A DNA stretch of 64,000 nt from Podarcis bocagei (lineage: Eukaryota): the NCBI GenBank assembly GCA_964188305.1, contig OZ076886.1. One strand, written 5' to 3'. Under the pieces are notes generated by a model. It was given only the letters and a program-made list of their open reading frames with translations, did not search any database and was not told the origin of the DNA. This document shows, piece by piece, positions 9,951-20,489 of this stretch; the first letter of the stretch is position 1; every line of letters starts with the position of its first letter. The translations under genes and the position numbers were made by a program.

Positions 9951-11695
9951 TTAGTATTCTTAATAATAACATTCCCTTTAAAGAAACAATTTCCCAGTGA
10001 CAAAATACCAATAAAGCATTCTGCGTTTCCTGCCGTGCCCCTCCCCTGCAATTCTTTGGTCATAATTATATTCACATTTCCTTCTTAGTTTAGATTTGTT
10101 TCCATGTTTTGTGTGCTATTAGCATTTCCAGTTCTGGGTTATAAAGCTCTCTTATTTTATTTTTTTAAACGAAAGTCTTGTCTAGTTTGCTCATCTGCTT
10201 ATGGTATCACATACGAGGTCAGTAAAGCATGTACCACATGTGCAGAAGGGGGAGACACAGAGCAGCATGGCTGTCTTCTAACAGCAAGCAGTATTCTGTA
10301 GCAAAGCACATCTATGCAGGTACTTTTACCATGGGAACTGGAAATAGTGCAGAGGAAAAATTAATGGAGTTGGGGCAGCTTTTAGGTTTCCAAGCTGTAC
10401 TCAAACAAAAGAATGATTGGTTTAGAAGGAATTTTAGCGTAATTTCTCCCTTTTAAACATGGAACATTCTTATTTTGGTCAGGATGAAATATAAGGGATT
10501 GGGTGTTCCATATGAAAAGTGTGTTCTAGAAAGCTGTGGATTTCTGGAAAACTGGAAATTGTCAAAATTCTGTTCTGTAGAGCTGTGTATAATTGAATTA
10601 GGGTAGCATAAGTATGCCTTGGGATGGGGCTCCTTTATGGACTCTTTTATGGCAATCATTAAACTTGGTCATAGGTTGATTTGTACAGGAATACAATGCG
10701 ATAATTGATGACTTTCAAGTTGAACCTTATTTCCTGGCAAACAGGAAATATTTTATTGCTGCTGTATCTAGTCTGCATCAGAACTGTAATAGGGTTAGGT
10801 CTGATTTGAACATTATTTACTTGCTCATTGTGGATGAAATGTTTCCATGTGGCATTCAAAGTTCATATTGTACATACCAAATTGGCAGGATCTCATAGAA
10901 CATCATGCCAATATTAGATGCTCTGTAACACTGATATGGTGACATTCCATGCAATTGGAATGACTAATGTGCTGAGCCTAATACAAACTTTACTTTCTGC
11001 TGTGCGGAGTGCTGTCACAGATATATTTTATTAGTCTCCGCTTGTGGCCTTAGTAGATCTGAATCGGCACAGAATAGTTGCAGCCCCCCTAGAGGCGGAC
11101 TTGATTATCGGTGCATGTGTTTTCAAAGGTAACAGCCTCAAGCCAGAGATATATTTTTTTGTACAAGCAGCCCATCTTAAACCTAAACACATTTTCTCAG
11201 AAGCAAGTTCCTTTGATTTCAGTGGTACTTTCAAGGTATGCTTAGACTCTCAGTCGTTGCATAAAAAAGACTTGTCTGATGCATAAGGTATGAATCTGCA
11301 ACTCTGCTCTTCTGAATCCTTATTCCCACTTTGCTACCACTGTATTTGTTCTTTGAGCCTGTGCTTGCAACCACCGACGTGAACTCTACAGATCTGTTCT
11401 ACATTTGGGAGACTAGGCTGAATTCATCTTTCCTTGTAACTGCCGAGTGCATCTAAAAATTGATTCATTCAATTTTACCAGATTTGGGTCAACCTTATGG
11501 TACACCCTCTGGTTCTTCCTCTTGCCTTTGATGCAGACAAAAGTCACACACACAAAAGGACCTGCAATTGGCTCTTGTAAGAGTCTTATTAATCTTGAGC
11601 CATCAGCAGGGATTCAGAGTGCAATAGTGTATATCCTTTCTGAAAAAAAATGTAACATTATGTATTCCTTTCATCTTGCTACCCAGGTCATAAAT

Positions 11696-11760
11696 TCATA
11701 GAATTGTTGAGTTGGAAGGGACTCCAAGGGTAATTTAGTCCAGGCTCCTGCAGTGCAGGT
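11696..11760 (-). repeat. CR1-type 3' tail / SINE remnant
   Basis: Reverse complement resembles the tail of the SINE at 49096-49232 (ggac..ga..accc..gg..ccttccaactc...attctatga). Confidence 0.55.
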
Positions 11761-14146
11761 CCCCTTTAGGAGTTTTCTGAACAGTGGGTACAATAAACCC
11801 AATCTGTTGGGGCTGTTGTAAATTTGTTAGTTTTCAGAAAACATGGTAAACTGTTGGGAACAGAATTTTTAAAGGAGAGCACTATGTATTGTGTTTAACC
11901 ACAAATTTTGAGTCCATAGTGTTGATTCTCATAATTTTTTTCCTCATACCTAAATTTGGGATAGCAGCTTACAAACAGCCGTCTGTAGCTTGAACCTCTC
12001 TAACTCATTTGGGGATGAGAGTCATTCATTTTTGGCCTTATTTTTGAGCATTTTAAGCTGTCACAGCTTGGCAGGTCTAGTGGCTGCAATGTCAAGATTG
12101 TGAATTATCCTGCTGGTAATTGTTTTCTGATTCATCAAAGTGATAGATGATGATGAAAGAAAATGGCAAATAATCATAAATGGGGAATTTTCAAGGATGC
12201 CCCTGAAAAGTGCAAGTTCTGAATTGAAACACATGTGGGCTTGCTTATTAATGGGTCACTTTTACTGTCTGAGCTTAAAGAAAGAAATGTTCTTAAGCAT
12301 CCAGAGATGGGGTTGGGAACCCAGATGATTGGAAAACCAGCCTGTGAGCTAACTTGCAGAATTAGTTAACAGCAGACTCCCAGGGAGAGAGTAAGATGGA
12401 GGCATGAAAGCAAAACAAAATTTTCAATGCTTCCTGACTTCAATTGGTTTATTTAATTTATGTTTGCAGGGACATCAGCCCTGTTGGCTTCAGAGCACCA
12501 GTGACAGTTGTGTGGTTGAGTATGCAATCCTAAACCCTCTTACTTGGAACTAAGCCATATTTAAGTCAATGGGACTTTTTCTGAGTAGACATGTATAGTG
12601 TTGCTTCTATTAAAATGTTAGGGATAAGTGTGTCATCCTACCTGTGTTTTGTGCTTCATAGCAATCCCATATTGAATGTGATCTGTCAGGCAGATGATAT
12701 ACTGCACAATCTGAGCAAGTTGAGTGCTGGTGTGAATGTTGTTGTTTTTTTGGCAGGCTTGCAAATGCTCTTCCCCAATCTGCTTCCATGTATTTCACAG
12801 GCATACTAAGATACATGATCTGATTTATTGAATATGAAGTAATAACACAATCAAATCTTTCTGAATTGTCTTTTGTATTGCATTTGCCTATTGCGCCAAA
12901 GTGTGTATCTTGTAAATATTTGAGTGTTTTTGCTTCCCTTTCTGTAAGCAGTGGAAATTTCAGAATGGCAGTGGTTGTTTTCCCATCAAAGTGAGAGCAT
13001 TGGAGTGGGTCTTTGTATTTACAAACAAACATACAGGGCAGGATTCTGCTAGTGCACCAGATCTTTCCCCTCCTTTCCTTTCTATGCAGAGCCTGATACT
13101 GGCTGTGGGGCAGTCTATATCGCTATATATATCTGCAGCACTTTTTAGTTCTTTGTTTACTTTGCCGCTGGATCTTTGATTGTCTACCTTGCTCCTGGAT
13201 TGTTAGCCCGCTCTGCATAATTAGCTGAGCTCTGAAAGTTTTTGGGGTGAGAGCAGAAAGTTCTGCTGAAAGAGGTGGGGTTTAAAGTTGGCTGCAGCGG
13301 AGAGCTTCTATCAGGGAGGGGAGGACAGCAAAGCAGGGAGACAGGTGACTGTCTTCTTGCTGAGGAAAGTAGCAAGAAACATAAAGGTGAAGCTGAAAGA
13401 GTTTGCTGGTTTATGTGAGGGCTTATCCTCATTTCTTATCAGTTAAGAGGGAGAAGGGAGAGAGCAAACAAAGCCAGCACACTATCTGCAAAGTATCTGT
13501 AAAGTATTGGTTCAGCTGAGCTATCCCATGGGAAGCTGTCAAGTCTCAGCCTTTTGTTCACCAGTATATTGCCTTGTTGAAACACTTATCACAATGTTAT
13601 TTCAATACTGGTATTCAGCTGTACAGCCCTAGTCTGGAGGCTGTGGGAGAAGGAGAAAGGGAATTGTTTCATCTGGTAAACTGAAAGGCTCTGCTAAATT
13701 CCTCTCACAATTTCAGATAGAGAGGTGCAACACCCAGTGCAGACAGCACTGGTTCTGAACCTAGTAGAGTACATGAGTCTGCTCCATTAATCTTCTTTTC
13801 CTAATGTCAAATCTCTATCCTATTTCTTTCTGTTAATAACCTGATTGCTAAAGCAATAGCTCAGACAGAACTAGTACAGCTATTCCTTTTTTTCACTGCT
13901 GCCTGAAGGTATCTTGTTCTCTCAAACAACTCTGTGTGTTTCTCCTTGCTGTCCCTTGTTCCTGGATTCCCTGCCCCCCAGAACAATCTTCTGGTTCTAC
14001 CTCTCTCTTCTTCCAAATCCTTCCTCCATATACTTCTTGATTATCTGTCCTGTCATCCTTAAATGTGTGTTACTGCCCTTGCTCAAGTTCAGCTCTTATG
14101 GGCCTTGCCCCTCCTATCCATTCTCTTCCATTGTGGAGCTTTAGTT

Positions 14147-14275
14147 CAGAGGCGGTAGCTACAGAGGTCTATGGACTACAGCTCCCATAATCCTTGACCA
14201 TTGACCATGCTGGTTGAGACTGATGAGAGGCAGGAGTCCAACAACACCTAGAGGACCACAGGTTAACCACCCCTG
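14147..14275. mobile_element. hAT-type palindromic MITE
   Basis: CAG...CTG ends, internal ggactacagctccca/ggagtcc palindrome, imperfect 8-bp TSD ctttagtt/ctttagag. Confidence 0.65.
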
Positions 14276-14933
14276 CTTTAGAGTGTAGGCTCCTGCCCTG
14301 GCTGCTTTTCTTTCTACTTATGCGGTAAAGCACCATTTGCATTATTGCTACATTCTCTCATATAAAAGCAATTTCCAACATTTCATTGCATTGTAGCATG
14401 ATCAGGAAATGAAAAGCAGAGCTATACAGTTTGGAATTGGTTTAATTCTTAGTGGTTCTCACTGCATTCTATGATATAGAGTTATAGGGATACATCCAGG
14501 AAGATGGTTGAGAAAAGACCAACACTTACCTGTACTGGGGTAGCTGTTTTTATGGGAGGGGACTGTCATGGTAACATCTGCATTAGATATATGGTGAGGT
14601 GCACAAAGCCCCCCTCGGCCAGTGCAGTAGGGCGTGTCATTTTAGGGGGTGAAACTTAACTTTTGCAAATTTCTTCAGTGAGGGGTCTTTAAAATATGTT
14701 TTTAATGAATTCAATTCTTCTTATTTTTTGATTGAGTAACATTTAGCTTGGTAAATTATGTTTGATTAGAAAGCACATAAACTGCTCTTGGAAAGCCAAA
14801 GAACTTTAATTTTGCCTTCCGAAAATGTCAGGAAGTGCTATAAATTTTTTTGTTTCTCTGCATAAAACATATCCTTTTAATCATACAACATTACCTTGTA
14901 ATCATAAGACAATGTTAGAAAGTAATGACATCA

Positions 14934-16019
14934 GACACTCCCGTTTATTCCACATCCAATACACTCCCACCACTGATTTTGGAAGTGGTATACACAAGGT
15001 TTGATCTGAATCAGCTTTGAACTTAATTCAGAAAAAGCCCAGGCTGGCCTCCACCACTGCCAGCACCGCTGCCAGAGGGAAACCGGGGTGTCCAGTGCGC
15101 CTACCGAGGGAGCCACAGCTTCCCTCCTCACCCAACAACCCAGCGGAGCTCCGAGGCCAGAGGGACCAGACCCCATAAACACAGCAACCTCCCTAATCAG
15201 AGAACTCAACACATTTGCAATGGCCTACAAGTAAACTTTGCAAAGTCAGAAGCTACCGTATTTTTTGCACCATAACACTCACTTTTTTCCTCCTAGAAAT
15301 TAAGGGGAAATGTCTGTGCGTGTTATGGAGCGAATGCCTGCGGGTAGCGGGAGGGATCTGCTGCAGTCGTGAGCAGAGGATCCATGGTTCCCCTTCCTTC
15401 CCTCCTCCGTGGTTACAAAGCATGGATCCACATGGATCCTCAGGATTTTTGCATTGGTCTACTCCAAACTCACTGTCAGATCACATGTCTGTGGCCACAG
15501 CATGAACCACAAAAATCATATATCCACTATTTTGTTTAGAATATTTTTTTTCTTGTTTTCCTCCTCTAAAAACTATGTGCGTGTTATGGTCTGGTGCGTG
15601 TTATAGAGCGAAAAATACAGGTATGTGCTTCAACTCCCCTCTTCACACCCAAAAAGAACTCACTAATGTCACCAAGATAAAACTTTGCCACACCAAATTC
15701 AGATACCTAGGGGTACAAATAACCAGAAACCTCAATAAATTATACCTCCACAACTATAAGCCCCTGTGGCGCCAAATAAACAAAAACCTAAAGAGATGGA
15801 ACAACATGAATTTCACTCTCTCAGACAAAATAGCCATGATCAAAATGATCACCCTCCCAAAACCTACCTATTCCAAACCCTCCCAATCTGGATTCCCCAA
15901 ACCCAACTCCGCATGGTTACATGGAAAAAATGTTACATGGAAAAAATATGAGAGAGAGATATTGCACATACTTTTGTAAATCAAGAAAATCTTTAATAAC
16001 AATACTTTAAAAAAAGAAA
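14934..16019 (+). mobile_element. Internally deleted L1-clade LINE nested in the hATm-like element
   Basis: Perfect 17-bp TSD agaaagtaatgacatca (14917-14933 and 16020-16036) at a TT|AGAA site, with an A-rich tail. RT and thumb motifs DPINTATSLIRELNTF..GLQVNFAKSEA|MCFN..FRYLGVQITRNLNKLYLHNY..LSDKIAMIKMITLPK. Confidence 0.88.
15256..15621. mobile_element. Tc2/mariner-like MITE nested in the L1 fragment
   Basis: TA|CCGTATTTTTTGCACCATAACAC...GTGTTATAGAGCGAAAAATACAGG|TA. Removing it and one TA restores the L1 frame (KSEA-MCF). Related to 3903-4309. Confidence 0.88.
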
Positions 16020-16049
16020 AGAAAGTAATGACATCATCAGTTAATAAGA

Positions 16050-17900
16050 AATGTAAACAGGAAGTTTAATCAAGTCTTGCTTTGATTCGTTCTTGGACAT
16101 CAGCCGCTAATTTGCTTCTTTGCCACTGATGTAGCCCTCACACTTTTCTTGTGTATACACCCTACTTACTGGCTTTGTGACTTGTTTCACACACCTCTGT
16201 ATAGACTGAACATGGCAGGCCCACTATGGAACTTGCATGGGCTTGTCAGTGGACTTCTATACTTTGGCTGTAGTAAGTTTACATGTCAAAGGAGGTTCAT
16301 ATACCCAGTCAGACCAGTCCTATCAGCTCCAACAGGAACAAAGCACAGGGGTTGATGCAATACATCTTCCTTGGACGTACAGAAATGCCTCCCAGTATGT
16401 CATCATCTCCGCCCCTTAAGTCAACAATGTTTTGGACACCAGCTCCCCTCTCTTCACTGTCATCTGAGCACCAGAGTGTCTGGATTATCATTTCGCTGAA
16501 TGCATACCATGCTGAGCACTAAGTGGTTGGCAAAACAGCATCCACTACAGCCGCCTTTTGTAGCTGAAACAAGATGCAGTGTGCGCCTTCCACCCAATAG
16601 TGTTTTACTGTGATGTTGAACCAGCAGGGGTAGTATACACAAACAATGTATTCCACTCTCAGTCTTAAATTGTTGAGGGTTTTGCCTTTAAGTCTTTTTT
16701 GAAACCCATATGCAACAAAGCCTGTTTGCTGCTGTTACCACCTTGAATAGTTCACTGGACCAATGTCTAGAAGAGCCAGATCTGTGGGATGTTTTTCTGT
16801 CCTTATGGCCTGTGTGATCCGATACTCGTACACTTAATCAGTGGACGGATCCTTAACAACATTGTCACTCAGTGAAATAAGAGGCTGTCCAATTGAGAGT
16901 TGGGTGAATGAAGGATCAATTTCAAGTTCTGCAGCAGTGTCTAGCATCTTGTTACTGCTACCTGTCCACTTGCTGTTAGATAAGGTCTTCCCATCAAATG
17001 CTGTGATCAAGTGTCAGAGGGGTGTGGACACAAACCAACCAGAGCAGCTTACAACCTGGCTTGACCTCTACCCAGTGCATGGTACCACCTACCCAGCCAG
17101 TGTTAGCATTTGTAGAATCACCTCCAATGGCCTGCAGGCTCTTATCAATGCCCTTCTTCTTCATGAAATCTACAATATAATTAGCAATAATGTCAGCTGG
17201 TTTCACCCTATTTGAACCTTTCTCTGGAGTGAAGTGGTAGAGATACCTTCCACCTGGCTCACTGCACACAGAATAATCCTGTTCTGTGATGATGCTGGGG
17301 AACTGCTGATCTGAATTGTCTGCTTTCAGCATATCTTTAGTTGTATCTTCGCGGCCGTCTAAAAAGATGTAGTCAGTTTCATCCTTCTGACAAAGATAAT
17401 CAAATTCCTGATCCAGGGTTTTCGTTACTTTTTATTGGCCCCTCTTTACTTTATTGTGATCAATGACAAGTCTCTTGTGTTCTTCAGTGATCAAGCCAGC
17501 ATCCACAAAGGCAGCAGTGGTGATGGCAGCTGTGGCATGTAGGCCAGCACCATATCTAATGCTATGCATAGCAATTTTATATATTTTGAATGTGTTGTAT
17601 ACATTTTTATAATTCAAGTGCTATTTTTGAAGTATTAGAAGTGGAAGGTATACTTGGTTTTATTAATGTCAATTAATAACTTCCATCATTTCAATCTTGG
17701 GTATCAGCTATTTGTTCTTCATTTCCATCAGCAGAGAAAATCATTTAATTTGATGGTATTGAAGCATCCTGCTTACTTCTCTGCTTATATTCAGCAAGAC
17801 TTATTCTCTCATCTTCTTGCCACTTGCTTTTTGACTTGTCTCTTATACCCTGGCAGATCTGGCAAGCCAGACTGATGTGATCCAATCATTTTTAATGATT
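16050..17900 (-). pseudogene. hATm-type DDE transposase pseudogene (stops and frameshifts)
   Basis: Colinear motifs VIDHNKVKR; IFLDGREDTT; YSVCSEPGGRYLYHFTP; AIGGDSTNANTGWVGG; LLWLVC; DGKT; STD*..YRITQAI; IGPVNYSRW..ANR; YYPCWFNI; AWYAFSE; EPPLT; CHVQSIQRCVKQVT. The 5' limit is approximate. Confidence 0.85.
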
Positions 17901-18636
17901 TTAATGCAAATTTTAAAAAACCAACAAAACCCATTTTTTTAATATGACAATTTAAAAATTATTGGAAATTCCACAAAAATGTTAAAAGGTCATTATTTTT
18001 TATGTAGCTATATACCAAGCAAAACTAAAGTACATTAATTTAACCAAAATATCATTTGAATTCCCAAGTGATGCTACAACCTTTTAGCACCCCTCATTTG
18101 AAAGTTGAAAAATTCAACACGCCCTACCAGGGCAGCCCTTTGTGAGCCAAACCTAACCAATATGGCCCTTGACCATCATCATACAAATATCTCTGCTGGC
18201 TGTAAGATAACCCAGAAAGTTATTCCTACCATGATAGCTTTCATGCTGTGGGACCTTGATTTTTTCTGTACGCATTCTTTTGGTTTCCTGTTCATGTTGT
18301 TATCACTTAGGATGCTGAGCTGATAGCCAGAAAAGCTTTGGAGAACATAGTGCGGGGGTGGGGAGGGGGAGGATTTGCGGTGTTGCTGCTTCTCTCAGTT
18401 GGCCAAGAGCCCTAATCAGCTTTTCTGGCTGTGCTTTCACTGTTAAAGCTTGTTATGTAGCTCTCTTGCTATGTATAGTGTGGCAATGAAGGACTTTGCC
18501 GGAAGCGCCAGCTCTAATTGCACTTGCACCTGCCCTCCCCTCTGTTTCTCATGACTCTTAGCATTTCTGGCTTTTCAGCAGTTTCCCCCCTCTAGCTGCA
18601 GAATGCCCTTTCTGGAACAGGTAGCCATGGTTTGTC

Positions 18637-18651
18637 CCAGCAGAGGGCACT
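18637..18651 (+). promoter_or_regulatory. CTCF core motif
   Basis: CCAGCAGAGGGCACT matches the CCASYAGRKGGCRS consensus. Motif match only. Confidence 0.5.
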
Positions 18652-19302
18652 ATCAGCATGCTGTTCAGTGGGTGACTTCAGCTATAAAAGAAGAGCCAAG
18701 TGTCCTTGACTTTTCTCTCTCGTTTTCATTTAGTCTTTTTGCCGTTCTTCTGACCTTTGTCTTATTCCTACAGTACACTTCCAAGCTGTTGCTCTGTGAG
18801 CATATTACTTGAAAAATGCAGCTCCTTTCCCGTGCCTAATTGAATATGAAAGCTGGCAACTGCTTCTGATGCTTTGGTTTCCCCCTTCTGTAGTGCTGAG
18901 TCTAGCACGATCCGCTGTCCCTTTCTCAGTTTTCCCTGCATCAGCAGTGGAGCCAGGTTTAGGCTAATAGGGATTTGGGATGGCAGGCTGATGTTTTCTG
19001 ATGTTGCATGAATAACTTTGGGCAAGCTGGAAATGTGTTTTTGTAGTTGCTCTTCATTGCTTTGGAACCTGCTGTTAGTCTGTGTTTTCTAGCTTCTTCC
19101 TGATTTAATCAGCTATATAAGGTAGTCTTAATTGGGTGAGCGGGGATTTATGAATGTGCCTCTGAATAAGTCTCAGGTCTCCACACCTATGAGACAAGAA
19201 TGGATTGCCTAGGGTGCTCTACCTCCAAGTAATCAATTAGGGAGGAAACTGAACCACGATCAGTCGGACAAATAAATATTTCTGTTTGTTCCAGTGGAAA
19301 GG

Positions 19303-19434
19303 ATGCCAAAGAAAAAGCGGAAAACTTCAGATGGGCCTGATTCCCAGAGCCAGGATCAGGGAGAAGAGTCAAGGGAATTGTCAAATGCCATGGTTGTGGA
19401 TGCGTGCATTGTCATATCTGACAGTGATGGAGAG
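19303..19434 (+). CDS. UIMC1: UIMC1/RAP80 first coding exon (exon starts at 19295); basic NLS-like patch and SUMO-interacting motif
   Basis: Acceptor ttgttccag| at 19294, 8-nt UTR, ATG at 19303, donor GAG|gtgagt. Encodes MPKKKRKTSDGPDSQSQDQGEESRELSNAMVVDACIVISDSDGE; IVISDSDGE is the RAP80 SIM. Not in the ORF track. Confidence 0.94.
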
Positions 19435-20118
19435 GTGAGTAGTCAAGAACAAACAATGCGAATTCTGACTTGAATTCTATTTGTATACCAGTGCATTTTC
19501 TTTCCCCTCCCCCATAAAATTTTATTTTGAAATAAAGTTGGAAATACAGGCAACAAAATGAAAGAACACCACAGAATATTATATCATGATCACTAATTAA
19601 GAGGAAACGGAAAAAGGAACTCACTGATTACTGGCCTTGGTATATCAGGCGTGGGCTGCTGGGACAATTAGAGTATAACAGCCTGGGGAGAGGGTCACTA
19701 ACTACTGGATGAGTTTGGATGTCCAAACTACAGTTAGAAAAGAAATATGCATCTGTATTTGATTAGAATGCAGTCAGGTGTTTGATGGGCTTTCACAGGA
19801 GATAAGATAAACAAAAACCATGGTGTCAGAACGCCCTGTCCCCCCCAATACAATTGCTTCCTTATTGAGCAACTTCATACAATAATCATGGTCCCTCAGA
19901 TTTAATCAATCTGCTAATTTATTTTTAAGGGAGAGTTTATTCTACCTCTCTATCTGGAGTTAGGTAGCTGGACTTTGACACAATAGTCTATTCTGCTTAA
20001 TGTATTTTTAGGAGAGCTTTGATTTATTTTTCTCTAAGTAATCATATTGTCATACTTGGAAAGAATAGGCATTTGGCATTGGAAATAAACTCTCCACACC
20101 CCCAGTTTCCTCTCACTA

Positions 20119-20373
20119 CTGTATTGGCCTGAATATAAGCCGCATCCGCAAATAAGCTGCACCTTTAAAATTAGGTGGCTTGGGGGAGACTTGGAAGCCA
20201 CGGAAGGGATGGGCACCATTGCCCTGTGCTCCCAGGCTGCTCACGGGGTGGGGAATAGGGGGAGCCACACCACTTTGCCGGTGGTGTAAGGTCACAAATA
20301 TAAGCCGCACTTTAACTTTTAATGATCGGAATTTGGAAAAAAAAATGCGCGGCTTATATTCGGGCCAATATGG
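20119..20373. mobile_element. Tc1/mariner-superfamily MITE
   Basis: TA|CTGTATTGGCCTGAATATAAGCCGC...GCGGCTTATATTCGGGCCAATATGG|TA, with internal repeats of aatataagccgca. Confidence 0.88.
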
Positions 20374-20410
20374 TATATCCTTTTTTTGGTTTGTATTTTT
20401 TAATTTTTTA

Positions 20411-20413
<3 letters not shown>

Positions 20414-20487
<74 letters not shown>
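20414..20487. repeat. Compound microsatellite (TC)n(CA)n
   Basis: Directly visible. Confidence 0.98.

Positions 20488-20489
<2 letters not shown>

Larger units (their letters stand above)
14628..18126 (-). mobile_element. hATm-like DNA transposon, near full length and decayed, with nested insertions
   Basis: TIRs TAGGGCGTGT...ACACGCCCTA. 9-bp TSD ccagtgcag (14619-14627) / ccagggcag (18127-18135). Internal transposase pseudogene on the minus strand. Confidence 0.82.

Noticed and set aside
16050-17900. Domesticated or active transposase gene
   Set aside because: Multiple stops, frameshifts and small deletions are spread through the reading frame.
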